Positions 1 through 10,720 of a stretch of DNA of 64,000 nucleotides are shown here, in pieces. The notes under the pieces are model-generated. The model saw only the letters and a program-made list of their open reading frames with translations, did no database searches and was not told the origin of the DNA. This DNA comes from Candidatus Babeliales bacterium. Its GTDB lineage: Bacteria; Babelota; Babeliae; Babelales; Vermiphilaceae. Each line of letters begins with the position of its first letter. The first letter of the stretch is position 1. The translations under genes were made by a program, and so were the position numbers. The stretch spans positions 672,001 through 736,000 of the forward strand of contig CAVUQO010000003.1 of assembly GCA_963743635.1 (NCBI GenBank), read 5' to 3'.

Positions 1-2
1 GA

Positions 3-1319
3 GTGGATTTCTTGGAGTGCTTAATGCGGCACAATCCAGAAGTAGCGTTGAAATTTGCGTCGCGTATTATAGCAAACCCTACAGTATTTGTGGCACGCCA
101 AGAAGGCATTACATTTGTATCGGCTATAATGCGCAAGCATGAAGCAGCGAGGATATCGTTGATGCAGCAATGCGCTGAAACATTATGGGAACATGCTCCA
201 GAATTAATTCTGCCCTGGAGGGATACGCCATACGGCAAAGAAGCAATTGCAAAGATAGTGTCGAGGGGCGTACTGGATAAGAAGAAGCCCTACACTTTTT
301 CAACTATGTTGGTTAAATCAATGGTTTCGAGCAATCCTACACTGACTCAAAAATATTTGGTTATTACCTATAAAGATATGCATTCGGGAAGTAAAACCGA
401 TTTGAAAGATCCCAAGGTCGTAGATATGGTGGATGAAACGATTGCGATTGAACAATCATGGCTGAAAGATCATTACATCTTTGAGCATGGTAGGCGATGG
501 ACATATAAATTACCCGAGATGGTTTATCGTCACTTCTATCAGCTTGCAAACAATATAATCCTTCCTGATGATTTTATGTTTACGCATACCAAGCCGCATA
601 TTTATTCTCACAGGCTTAAGGCTCAAGAATTTGAGCAAGAAAAAGCATTACACACGCAGGTAATCAATGAACGTGAAAATATTCCGGGCGAGGTACGCAA
701 TAGACGATTGTTCATGAATACCGGCTTATTAGGAAACGTCAATTCAGAAGGAAGCAGCTCGCTCTATTATGTGCTGAAAAATTATAATCAGGCAGATGCG
801 CGTATTTCGATGAGATCAATCTTCGAGCAGTTCGGGCTGCAAGCGTTATATGAAAAACATAAAGCGCAGTGTGAAGCATTAGAGCAAGAGGCTCAAGCAT
901 TAAGTAAATGGGGCCAATTATTAGTCATTGGAATACCCAAAGATAAGATAAGCGAATTAGCGACCTATCTTTGTATCAGCGGCCGTCCAAAACCAGCGAT
1001 TAACGTCGGTGGGCAAGAAACCTATGATGCAAAACGCATTCTCGATGCGCGATTGGAAGATCCTGAGTTGGCTAATAACAAAATCAACTGGGTTGCAGCC
1101 ATGACGGACTGTGCGCTCTTAGATCCACGCAGTGGTGTAAAAATAAAAGCAATAGATCGTCCAATAAATCTAGCAGCATTTAAAGCATGGGAAATGAAGT
1201 TCAACGAATTTATGCAATCGATCAGAGCAGAAGCAAAAGAAATAATGGATGCGCATAAAAGAGTAATCGAGAAAAATAGTCAAAATAAATGGGGAAATTG
1301 GAGGTTATGTCATGAATAA
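3..1319 (+). CDS. Hypothetical protein, probably 5'-truncated by the window edge
   Basis: 438-codon open frame from the window start; no motif recognised. Confidence 0.7.
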   Translation: MDFLECLMRHNPEVALKFASRIIANPTVFVARQEGITFVSAIMRKHEAARISLMQQCAETLWEHAPELILPWRDTPYGKEAIAKIVSRGVLDKKKPYTFSTMLVKSMVSSNPTLTQKYLVITYKDMHSGSKTDLKDPKVVDMVDETIAIEQSWLKDHYIFEHGRRWTYKLPEMVYRHFYQLANNIILPDDFMFTHTKPHIYSHRLKAQEFEQEKALHTQVINERENIPGEVRNRRLFMNTGLLGNVNSEGSSSLYYVLKNYNQADARISMRSIFEQFGLQALYEKHKAQCEALEQEAQALSKWGQLLVIGIPKDKISELATYLCISGRPKPAINVGGQETYDAKRILDARLEDPELANNKINWVAAMTDCALLDPRSGVKIKAIDRPINLAAFKAWEMKFNEFMQSIRAEAKEIMDAHKRVIEKNSQNKWGNWRLCHE

Positions 1320-1401
1320 GAAGTTAATAATCAGTTTCGTATTAAGCAGTGCATTATGTGCGTCATATGCAATGAATTTCTTAAAACACCTAAATCAATA
1401 A
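1312..1401 (+). pseudogene. Short ORF or gene remnant consisting almost only of a signal peptide (MNKKLIISFVLSSALCASYAMNFLKHLNQ)
   Basis: GGAGG near 1300; ATG overlaps the end of the upstream ORF; Sec-type n/h/c regions; stop after 29 codons. Confidence 0.4.
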
Positions 1402-1423
1402 CAATGCGAGTATTGGCTCCATG

Positions 1424-1454
1424 AAAAAGCGCCCTTTAAACGGGGCGCTTTTTT
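1424..1454. terminator. Bidirectional intrinsic terminator
   Basis: AAAAAGCGCCC...GGGCGCTTTTTT between convergent genes. Confidence 0.8.
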
Positions 1455-1471
1455 AATGAAAACTAATCTAA

Positions 1472-3301
1472 TTACTTACGCTTTAAGATCGCGAGGAATG
1501 CTTCTTGCGGCACTTCAACGTTACCCACTTGTTTCATGCGCTTTTTACCCTCTTTTTGTTTTTCTAAGAGTTTGCGTTTACGGGAGATATCACCGCCATA
1601 ACATTTTGCGGTTACGTCTTTACGCAATGCAGCAACTGAGCTGCGGGCAATAATTTTTGCGCCAATGGCTGCTTGAATGGCAACTTCGAATAATTGTCGC
1701 GGGATAACTTCTCGCAAGCGTTCCACTAAATCTCGGCCAATATAATATGCCTTATCTTCGTGCACGATGCATGAGAGTGCGTCAACGGCTTTTTTATTGA
1801 GCAAGATATCCATTTTTACTAAATCAGAAGGTTCAAAGCCAGCTTCTTCATAATCGAAGCTTGCGTAGCCCGAACTGCGTGATTTGAGTTCATCATAGAA
1901 ATCGGTTGCCACTTCATTGAGCGGAAGTTTGTATTTTAGAATCACGCGATCTTCATCAATGAACTGCAGATTAATTTGTACGCCGCGTTTCTCTTCGCAG
2001 AGCGTAATCATATTACCCAGATATTCTTTGGGCGTAATGATCGTAGCATTAATAATTGGTTCTTGAATTTCTTCGATGGTGCTTGGATCAGGAAAGTCTG
2101 AAGGACTTTCGATATTAACCACTTCGCCTGAATGTTTCATTTTTACTTTGTAGAGTACGCTTGGTGCGGTTGCAATGATGGTCAGATTATATTCTTGTTC
2201 AAGACGTTGTTTGAATACATCCATATGCAAGAGCCCCAGGAATCCGCAACGAAAACCAAGACCGAGTGCCGGTGAACTTTTCTTTTCAACGGTGACGCTC
2301 GCATCATTAAGCGTTAATTTTTGAATGGCATCAAGGAGCGGATCGAAATCGGTGCTATCAACCGGGAAGATGCCGGCAAATACCATTGGCTTTGCGGGCC
2401 TAAATCCAGGAAAGGGAGTAACCGGTTTTTTGGTGTGGAAAATAGTATCACCAACGCGCGCTTCTTGTACCGTTTTCATACCAGTAATGACGTAACCTAC
2501 TTGGCCTGCATGCAATGCATCCATAGGGGTTAAATCGGGATACATGAGACCAATTTCAAGCACTTCATAGGTATTATCGGTTTGTGCGAGTTTTATTGAG
2601 TCACCTTTTTTGATGGTGCCATTGTGAACCGCAATTAAGCAAATCACGCCGCGATAGTCGTCGAACCATGAATCAAAGAGCAATGCTTTGAGTGGTTCAG
2701 AGATGGAGCCTGTTGGCGCAGGCATGCGGGTAATAATGCCTTCTAAAATATCTTTGATACCGATGCCGGCTTTACCGGAGGCTTTGATGATTTCGTTTTC
2801 TTTGAAATCGAATAATTTTTCAATTTGCAGGGCGATACGTTCTGGCTGCGCATTTGCCATATCAATTTTGTTCATGACCGGAAGAATGGTCAAATCTTGA
2901 TCAAATGCCAGATAAAAGTTTGCCATTGTTTGGGCTTCGACGCCCTGTGCGGCATCTACCAATAAGAGTGCCCCTTGGCAGGCGTAGAGTGAGCGAGAAA
3001 CTTCATAGGTGAAATCCACGTGACCGGGGGTATCGATGAGGTTCAGGAGATATTGGACGCCCTTATATTCATAAAACATTGAGGCGGTTTGGGCTTTAAC
3101 CGTGATGCCTCGCTCTTTTTCCACTTGGAGTTTATCGAGAAACTGTTCATGCTTTACACGGTCCGACAAAGTGCCCGTGAATTCTAAGAGTCGGTCCGCA
3201 AGGGTAGACTTTCCGTGGTCAATGTGAGCAATAATAGAAAAATTACGCACTCGGTCAGGAGTGAAATCCTGCAGCCTAAGCGATTTGAGATCCGTGGACA
3301 T
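1472..3301 (-). CDS. lepA: Elongation factor 4 (LepA/GUF1 family GTPase)
   Basis: RNFSIIAHIDHGKSTLADR, DTPGHVDF, NKID, GFRCGFLGLLHM and C-terminal KCYGGDISRKRKLLEKQKEGKKRMK. ATG at 3301 preferred as start. Confidence 0.97.
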   Translation of the reverse strand: MSTDLKSLRLQDFTPDRVRNFSIIAHIDHGKSTLADRLLEFTGTLSDRVKHEQFLDKLQVEKERGITVKAQTASMFYEYKGVQYLLNLIDTPGHVDFTYEVSRSLYACQGALLLVDAAQGVEAQTMANFYLAFDQDLTILPVMNKIDMANAQPERIALQIEKLFDFKENEIIKASGKAGIGIKDILEGIITRMPAPTGSISEPLKALLFDSWFDDYRGVICLIAVHNGTIKKGDSIKLAQTDNTYEVLEIGLMYPDLTPMDALHAGQVGYVITGMKTVQEARVGDTIFHTKKPVTPFPGFRPAKPMVFAGIFPVDSTDFDPLLDAIQKLTLNDASVTVEKKSSPALGLGFRCGFLGLLHMDVFKQRLEQEYNLTIIATAPSVLYKVKMKHSGEVVNIESPSDFPDPSTIEEIQEPIINATIITPKEYLGNMITLCEEKRGVQINLQFIDEDRVILKYKLPLNEVATDFYDELKSRSSGYASFDYEEAGFEPSDLVKMDILLNKKAVDALSCIVHEDKAYYIGRDLVERLREVIPRQLFEVAIQAAIGAKIIARSSVAALRKDVTAKCYGGDISRKRKLLEKQKEGKKRMKQVGNVEVPQEAFLAILKRK

Positions 3302-3448
3302 GAGTGTATTTATCAATTAAGGGTGATTCGGTAACCAATTTTTATTATAGCATAGTCATGTAAGTATAGATAGCACGGCATTCTTGTCTATTTTATATGA
3401 AAAACTAGCTCTTATAAATGGTGTTGTGATAGCGTACCAGTGTATCAA

Positions 3449-3496
3449 CCCGCCTTCGTATATTCGGGTCTTTTGACTCGAATAGCTACGGCGTGG
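3449..3496. repeat. Palindromic repeat, family 2 (CCGTAGC...CGAAGG type)
   Basis: CCCGCCTTCG-hairpin-GCTACGGCGTGG; related copies near 29843-29893, 52826-52848 and 62226-62254. Confidence 0.45.
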
Positions 3497-3695
3497 TTTT
3501 ACTGGTCGCTTGACTTATATATTGAAAACATTTGGTGTTTGGCGCAGTAGAATAATCAATGACACAAAGAGGTTTACTTCAGTAGCCTTTCTTGTGTTAT
3601 TTGGTTATTCGCGGTATCATAAATAGACATTACAAATGTACATATACCGCATAATTTACGTTAGAAAACGATAGCTCATAGAAAAAGGTGGCACT

Positions 3696-6400
3696 ATGGA
3701 ACCGGAAAATAAGAGCAAGGTAAATAATCTTCGTATTAAGCCTGTGCTCATTGAGGACGAACTCAAGACGTCATTTTTAGATTATGCCATGTCCGTGGTG
3801 GTAAGTCGTGCGATTCCTGATATTCGTGATGGATTAAAGCCGGTTCATCGCCGCGTACTCTATACGATGTATCAGCTTGGCTTTCACTACAATAAGCCAT
3901 ATCACAAATCGGTACGCGTGGTGGGTGATGTGCTTGGTAAGTATCATCCGCATGGTGATCAAGCGGTGTATAATACCATGGTTGGCATGGTGCAAGATTT
4001 CTCCAAACGCTATCCATTGCTTGATGGACAAGGTAACTGGGGTTCGGTTGACGGGGATAATGCAGCAGCAATGCGTTATACTGAAGTCCGCATGGCAAAA
4101 ATTGCTCAGGAAATATTGGCCGATCTTGATAAAGAAACGGTACGATTTGTTCCTAACTTTGATGAATCAACGGTTGAGCCAATGGTATTGCCAAGCAAAT
4201 TCCAAACTTGCTCGTAAATGGTACCACCGGTATTGCCGTTGGTATGGCAACTTCAATTCCGCCCCACAATTTGGGTGAAGTGATTGATGCATGTCTTGCA
4301 TTACTTGCTAATGAACCAGAACTTTCTGATGAAGAACTGTTTGAAAAAATTCCTGCTCCTGATTTTCCAACCGGCGGTATTATTTGCGGCCGTGCTGGCA
4401 TTGTAAAAGCATATAAAACAGGTCGCGGTAATTTAATTTTGCGTGCTGTGGTTGATATTGAAGAGACCAAAAAAGGCAGTTCGATTATTATCACTGAATT
4501 GCCATATATGGTTAATAAAGCAGCACTTGGCAATCAAGATTGCTGATTTGGTGCGTGATAAAGTGATTGAAGGCATCACCAATATTCGTGATGAATCGGA
4601 TAAAAAAGGTATGCGCTTAGTGATTGAAGTTAAGCGTGGTGAAATGCCGCAAGTAATTCTGAATCAACTGTATAAATATACTCCATTGCAAACATCAGTT
4701 TCTATTTTGATGCTTGGGTTGCTTGATAATAGCCCGCTGGTTTTTTCATTGCGTCAATTGTTGCAATCAATTCTTGTATCACCGCCGCGAAGTTGTTTAT
4801 AAACGCACTGTGTATGATTTGACGCAAAGCGCAAGAGCGCGAGCATATTGCTTGACTGGTTTTATTATTGCGCTTAGATAATATTGATGAAGTGGTTGCG
4901 CTCATCAAGAAATCGCAATCTGCAGAAGAAGCAATTACTAAATTAAATAAACGTTTCTTGCTTTCTGCTGAACAAGGCAAAGCAATTTTGGAAATGCGCT
5001 TGCAACGTTTGACCGGTCTTGAACAAGAAAAAATTCATGCCGAAATGGAAGAAATCAAAAAGACGATCGCGCATCTTAGAAGCAATTCTTGAAAATGAAG
5101 AAATCTTAAAAAAGAAATTCATTACCGAATTGTCGCCATTAAAAGAAGAATATGCCGATACGCGCAAATCGCGCATTGAAGGTGCAATTGATATTTTTAC
5201 TGAAGCTGATTTAATTCCTGATGAAGAAGTGGTGGTAACGCTTGACACGAAAGGCTATATCAAACGCGTATCGCTGGAAACCTATGGCGTGCAGCATCGT
5301 GGTGGCAAAGGTAAGATGGGTATGGCGACACTTGAAGAATCTGATGATATGATTGAAGATCTATTTGTTGCGCAAGAACCATGATGAGCTTCTCTTCTTT
5401 ACCAACTTAGGCCGCGTATATAGCATGCAAGTATTTGAAGTTCCTGAAGTTCACGTATTGCAAAAGGACGCGCAATTGTTAATTTGTTGCCGCTTCAACG
5501 CAGGCGAACATGTGGTTAAATTACTCTGCATGCGTGATTTATTGAAGGCAACTTCTATTGTAATGCTTACCAAAAATGGAATTATCAAACGAACTGATGC
5601 GAAGTGAATTTGCAAATATTCGTTCAACCGGTATTCGTGCATTGACGTTGAGTGAAGGTGATGAATTGGTCATTCTGTGCAATGAGTACTGGTAACGAAT
5701 CGGTTATTATTGCAACGGCACATGGTCAAGGAATTCGCTTTAATGAAACTGAAGTGCGTTCATGGGACGTCAGGCTGCGGGTGTGATTGGTATTCGTTTA
5801 AAAAAGGTGATTATGTGGTCGGCATGGAAGTGATTGCTGATCATGGTGATATTCTCTTTGCAACTGAAAATGGTTATGGCAAACGAGTAAAAATTAAAGA
5901 TTTCCGTGTTGCGCATCGTGGTGGCGTTGGTGTTCGTACTATTCCAACCGATAAACGTAACGGTCAAGTGATTGGGCTTGAGCATGTTACTGATAAATCA
6001 AATGTACTCTTGATTGATCAAGCGGGTAAAATTATTCGTCTTACCACCAACAGAAGTTCGCACCATGGGCCGCCAAGCAAAAGGGGTTCGTTTGATCAGA
6101 CTTGATGAAGGTCAAAAACTGGCTTCAGTGGTTGCATTTGAAGAAGAAGAACATGAAGGTGGATCTGGCTCAGGAAATGGTGAAGGCCATATTTCAGGTG
6201 CGGTGAAATTGAAAACAGAACAATCGATTAGTGACATTTTGCAGTTCGACGATGTACAAGCAGCGGCGGCGAACGACGAGTTCGAAGCATTTACAGAACA
6301 TTTGGAACCAGAGGCTGAAAGCCTTGTAGCAAAGGAAGAGCTGCAACTGGAAGTCCTTCGTGAGCCTCAGGATGAGGGTTCGATGCTCGAAGAGTTCTAA
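3696..6400 (+). CDS. gyrA: DNA gyrase subunit A; frame broken by multiple single-base indels, probably sequencing errors
   Basis: [28 protein letters not shown], catalytic [22 protein letters not shown], GyrA-box QHRGGKG and C-terminal beta-pinwheel repeats spread over consecutive frames. Confidence 0.93.
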
Positions 6401-6431
6401 CTAATTATTGAATACATAAAGAATACATAAA

Positions 6432-6466
6432 AAAAGGGGCGTCCGATAAATACGGATGTCTCTTTT
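6432..6466 (+). terminator. Intrinsic terminator after gyrA
   Basis: GGGGCGTCCG...CGGATGTCTC stem followed by TTTT. Confidence 0.6.
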
Positions 6467-6491
6467 GCTTTTGGGGACAATCTTGCTCCTT

Positions 6492-6678
6492 ACCCATTCG
6501 ATACAATTTTTATTTTCGCTTACGAAAACAAAAATCACTCAGGGCGAACGGAGAGGATGTTCTTTGTAGGTAAAAACTAATTTATATATAAAAATTCATA
6601 ATATTTACGGGAAAAAAGTTTATTTCCCGTTCGCCCTGAGTGTTTCGATCCGTCAGGAGCGAAACGTATCGAATGGGT
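6492..6678. repeat. REP/REPIN-like inverted doublet, family 1
   Basis: ACCCATTCGATAC...CACTCAGGGCGAACGG on the left arm and the exact reverse complements CCGTTCGCCCTGAGTG...GTATCGAATGGGT on the right arm, around an AT-rich spacer. Confidence 0.85.
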
Positions 6679-6709
6679 GCGGGATCAAAAAACTGAAAAT
6701 AAAGAAAAC

Positions 6710-7849
6710 ATGACTAATCAACACATAATCCTTCACCTATCACTGATCGACGGCATCGGGCCGGCAACGATTGCACAGTTATGCGCACGCGCAGAAAATC
6801 TTGCAGAGTTATATCATTGCTCAGCGCATGAGATAACCCATCGTTACGGCATAGCGCCGACATATGCGGCAAAAATAGTTGCAGGGCTTGCCGACAGATC
6901 GCTTTTTGAGGCTGAATATGCCCGTATTGAAAAGCATGGCATTTCTTGGGCGGTAATATCAGATGAGAGCTATCCCGACGACTTGCGGACTATTTATGCG
7001 CCGCCTTCGGTGATTTATTGGCGCGGCGCTTTGCCAACCGAGGCTAATCCGAGTATTGCGTTCGTCGGGTCTCGTAAAGCCAATCGCTATGGGGAAAACA
7101 CTATTCGCACGCTTGTGGCGCCGCTGGTGCAGCAAGGTTGGTGTATTGTGAGTGGTGGTGCCTTAGGCGCTGATAGTATGGCTCATGAAGCAGCATTGCA
7201 AGCGCAGGGCCGTACGATAGCAGTATTGGGTTCAGGATTATTGCAACTCTATCCGCGTACCAATATTCGTCTTTTTGAGCGCATTGTAGATGCTGGCGGG
7301 GCACTCGTGAGCAGTTTTCCGCTCATGCAGGGGGCGTTGCCAGGGAATTTTCCGGCACGAAACCGCATCATTGCAGGCATGAGTAAGGGATGCGTTGTGA
7401 TACAAGCAGCGCGCAAAAGTGGAGCTCGCATTACTGCCATATGTGCGCTTGAACAGGGGCGTGAGGTATTTGCGGTACCGGGTATGATCGATGATGAGTT
7501 GGCCGAAGGGTGCAATGCATTGATTCAGGAAGGGGCAAAGCTGGTAATGTCGGTCGACGATATTCTGGCAGAATTTGACCCACAGGTTAAAAAGGCCGGT
7601 ATTCCGGCTGCATTGCAGCAAATGAGTCTCTATGACGTTGAGCCTGAAGAGCCAAAGCTTAAACCTGCGGTGATTCCGGCAACAATAGAGGGCAAAATTA
7701 GCCGAATCTGCAAAAATGGGGTTACCACGGATGAACTACTCCTGGAGACGGAATTAAGCCTACCTGAGCTGACAGCGAAGCTGTTTGATATGCAAATTGA
7801 GGGTCTTATTGAGCAAAATAGCGCGGGGATGTGGCAGGCGACTCGATAA
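6710..7849 (+). CDS. dprA: DNA-processing protein DprA (Smf)
   Basis: IAFVGSRK, IVSGGALGADSMAH, FPARNRIIAG, SGARITA, GREVFAVPG and a C-terminal winged helix. The GTG at 6677 lies inside a repeat, so ATG 6710 is preferred. Confidence 0.95.
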   Translation: MTNQHIILHLSLIDGIGPATIAQLCARAENLAELYHCSAHEITHRYGIAPTYAAKIVAGLADRSLFEAEYARIEKHGISWAVISDESYPDDLRTIYAPPSVIYWRGALPTEANPSIAFVGSRKANRYGENTIRTLVAPLVQQGWCIVSGGALGADSMAHEAALQAQGRTIAVLGSGLLQLYPRTNIRLFERIVDAGGALVSSFPLMQGALPGNFPARNRIIAGMSKGCVVIQAARKSGARITAICALEQGREVFAVPGMIDDELAEGCNALIQEGAKLVMSVDDILAEFDPQVKKAGIPAALQQMSLYDVEPEEPKLKPAVIPATIEGKISRICKNGVTTDELLLETELSLPELTAKLFDMQIEGLIEQNSAGMWQATR

Positions 7850-7962
7850 ATGAGGGGCCAATTACGGAATCTGATTGATTTTTGAGCGTTTTTTTTATAT
7901 CATTTGTATATCCCTATCGAAATAATATCATATGGTTCATAGAAAAATTTTTAGGATGTACT

Positions 7963-8235
7963 ATGCCAGTACCAAAACGGAAGCGCTCCCGGGCGCGTCG
8001 AGATTCGAGATTCGCAAATAAGGGCCTTGAAGTTAAAGCATTTACTTTGTGTCAAAACTGCCAAGAGCCACTTATGACTCACGCTGCATGCATGAACTGC
8101 GGTCACTATAAAGGTGTCAAAGTCATGGTTACTAAGCTTGATCGAGCGGTAAAACGTGGTCAAACTCGTGAAATTCGCGCAGCGCGTGAAAAAACTACAC
8201 AACAAGCGCAGGCTTCAGACGCTTCAGCTGAGTAG
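7963..8235 (+). CDS. rpmF: 50S ribosomal protein L32 (zinc-binding form, extended C-terminus)
   Basis: MPVPKRKRSRARRDSR, CQNC...HAACMNCGHYKG; directly upstream of plsX. Confidence 0.93.
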   Translation: MPVPKRKRSRARRDSRFANKGLEVKAFTLCQNCQEPLMTHAACMNCGHYKGVKVMVTKLDRAVKRGQTREIRAAREKTTQQAQASDASAE

Positions 8236-8258
8236 CGATTTGTAAATAAAGGATACGC

Positions 8259-9314
8259 ATGATAGCTCTAGATGCCATGGGTGGCGATTATGCTCCCGAC
8301 GTTACGGTACACGGAGCTATCAATGCAGCCAAAAAAGGAATAAAAATCGGTTTGTATGGAGATCAACGGCAAATGATTGCCGTACTTGATAGCATCGAAC
8401 CATCCTGGCAAAATCTGCCAATAACCATCATTCACTGTTCAGAAGTAATCGGAATGGGTGAAGAACCGACTCGTAGCGTGCTACGCAAGAAAGATTCTTC
8501 CCTTGTGCGTGCCATGGAAGCAACGGTCCGTGGAGAGGCATCTGCGGTAGTTTCCGCGGGTAATTCAGGCGCTGCGCTCGTAGCGGGCACCCTTATTTTA
8601 GGGCGCGCAGCAGGAATCGTTCGCCCTGCCATTGGCAACTTCTTGCCCGATACTAAAAATGGCACCTCTCTCTTTTGTATGGATCTTGGCGCAAACATTG
8701 ATTGTAAGCCCGAGCATCTTGAACAGTTTGCCTACATGGGGCATGCATATGTCAAAAAAGTAAAAGGTATCGCAGAGCCACGCATAGCACTCCTTTCTAA
8801 TGGAGCCGAAGCGTATAAAGGTCCTGCGCTTATTAAAAAAACCTATGATCTTCTTATGACTTCAGGCTTACGCTTTGTGGGTAATCTTGAATCGCGAGAC
8901 GTCTTTGACGGTCGCGCAGATGTTCTTATCTGCGATGGATTTTCAGGTAATATTCTCATCAAAACAATGCAGGGAACTGCACATGCAATTGGTCAATGGC
9001 TCAAGCAGGAACAAGCGCGTTCGATTATTCATCGTATGTTCTTTGCGCTTGGTGCCGGACTTTTCTCCCGCATTTATCATAAAATGAGCTATGCTCAACG
9101 CAAAGGCGGCTCGCTCCTGCTTGGTCTTAAGTATCCTCTTATTGTTGCTCATGGATGTTCTCGGGCGCAGGCAATTGAGAGTGCGATACATCTTGCTCAC
9201 ACTACCGTTCTTGAAAACTTTATTCCTTCGTTCAATGAAGAAGTTGCGCGCATTATGCTTGAAAAACGCATAATTCCTACTAATACTATAAAATCGATAC
9301 AGCATTTGCAGTAA
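8259..9314 (+). CDS. plsX: Phosphate acyltransferase PlsX
   Basis: MIALDAMGGDYAP, KKDSS, VSAGNSGA, DLGAN, CDGFSGN, HGCS. Confidence 0.95.
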   Translation: MIALDAMGGDYAPDVTVHGAINAAKKGIKIGLYGDQRQMIAVLDSIEPSWQNLPITIIHCSEVIGMGEEPTRSVLRKKDSSLVRAMEATVRGEASAVVSAGNSGAALVAGTLILGRAAGIVRPAIGNFLPDTKNGTSLFCMDLGANIDCKPEHLEQFAYMGHAYVKKVKGIAEPRIALLSNGAEAYKGPALIKKTYDLLMTSGLRFVGNLESRDVFDGRADVLICDGFSGNILIKTMQGTAHAIGQWLKQEQARSIIHRMFFALGAGLFSRIYHKMSYAQRKGGSLLLGLKYPLIVAHGCSRAQAIESAIHLAHTTVLENFIPSFNEEVARIMLEKRIIPTNTIKSIQHLQ

Positions 9315-9352
9315 AGTAAGTGCGATGTTGGTTGTTATAAAAAGGAGGGTTT

Positions 9353-9916
9353 ATGATCAAGTATGCGTCGGCTCTGGCGGTATTATTGCTGCCCGCAGTT
9401 CTTTACGGCATGGATATTAAGAAGTTTCATCGTGCGGTAGCATCAAACAAGATCAAGTATGTTTCAAAAATTTTAACCACCTATAGAGACGCAGGGAATG
9501 CTCAGGGTGAATATGATGAGACAGCCTTGCATATTGCTGCATTATCCTCCACCGCAGACATGATTACACTCTTGCTCAAAGAGGGTGGTGCTTGCATCGA
9601 GGCAAAAAATAAAGCAGCAGAAACCCCTCTTTTTAAAGCAGTTTATGCCGGCAATTGCCATACGCTTAGAGCATTACTTGCGCAGGGAGCTGAGGTTAAT
9701 ATTGTAAATCATGTGGAGAGCGGAGGCGTTTATGAACATACTCCTTTGCATATTGCGGTTTTCTTGGGCCATGTGAATATTGTAAAAATTCTTTTGCAAG
9801 CCGGTGCTGATCCCGCCGCATGTGGCAATATGAACGCAACACCGTTAGACTATGCTCTTGAGCATCACCCAAAGAATAATGTATTGATAGATACGCTGCA
9901 AAATTTTAAACAGTGA
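9353..9916 (+). CDS. Secreted ankyrin-repeat protein
   Basis: Signal peptide; TALHIAA, TPLFKAV, TPLHIAV and TPLDYAL ankyrin repeats; AGGAGG RBS. Confidence 0.9.
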   Translation: MIKYASALAVLLLPAVLYGMDIKKFHRAVASNKIKYVSKILTTYRDAGNAQGEYDETALHIAALSSTADMITLLLKEGGACIEAKNKAAETPLFKAVYAGNCHTLRALLAQGAEVNIVNHVESGGVYEHTPLHIAVFLGHVNIVKILLQAGADPAACGNMNATPLDYALEHHPKNNVLIDTLQNFKQ

Positions 9917-10016
9917 TTATTTTATGCAGGTCGCTTAATGCATTGATAAAGAGCTGTATAAGCTTTATTATTAAGCATGTCTACTCGCATTATTATAGGT
10001 ATGGACTCAGATTTTT

Positions 10017-10613
10017 ATGAAAACATTATCCTTTTATTTTTCGTTACTGCTTTCGCTCCCTCTCCATTGCGTGTATGAGACAAAGTCGATCAAAGAACTT
10101 TATCGGGCGGTGTTAAAAAATAAATTGTCGGTGGTGAGGGGCAAGATTGATAAATATCCATCATTGGGGATTGCGCCTTGGCGCAGTCGTAATAATAATA
10201 CTGCCCTGCATGTAGCTGCACAGTATTCCGATAGTATGATGATGAAAGCTCTGATGCCAAATCTGTGCATTGATAAGGAAGTGAGAAATGATTGGGGAGA
10301 TACGCCATTAATTATTGCTGCCTATTACAACAACACTGAAGCAGTGACTGTCTTGCTTGCAGAGGGTGCTCGGATAGATGCGGCTGATAATGATGGGTGT
10401 ACGCCGCTTTATATAGCGGTCAGTGAAGGGTTTCTGGACGTAGCGCGAATACTGCTCGATGCGGGGGCTAATCCTAACGCGGAAGATGGGGAAGGGCGTG
10501 ATATATTATTGGCTGCAAGCATCGGCTGTGGTGGCCAGGCAATGGTAGAGCTGGTAAAAGCCTATATCTCCGAATCTGACAAGGAAGTAAGTATGTCGAG
10601 CCTGATAGAATAA
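10017..10613 (+). CDS. Secreted ankyrin-repeat protein
   Basis: Signal peptide; TALHVAA, GDTPLIIAA and GCTPLYIAV repeats. Confidence 0.9.
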   Translation: MKTLSFYFSLLLSLPLHCVYETKSIKELYRAVLKNKLSVVRGKIDKYPSLGIAPWRSRNNNTALHVAAQYSDSMMMKALMPNLCIDKEVRNDWGDTPLIIAAYYNNTEAVTVLLAEGARIDAADNDGCTPLYIAVSEGFLDVARILLDAGANPNAEDGEGRDILLAASIGCGGQAMVELVKAYISESDKEVSMSSLIE

Positions 10614-10720
10614 AAAGCCGATGTCTTTAGCCTTTATCTTTTTAAGTATTTGTGCTACTTTTTCCCTAAGATCAATCGATTAATTGGATCACATACTTAT
10701 CACTAGCCTGGAGAATAATC

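Noticed and set aside
3696..6400. gyrA as a true pseudogene or a programmed frameshift gene
   Set aside because: It is an essential gene with well-conserved residues across many scattered single-base indels; sequencing error is more parsimonious.
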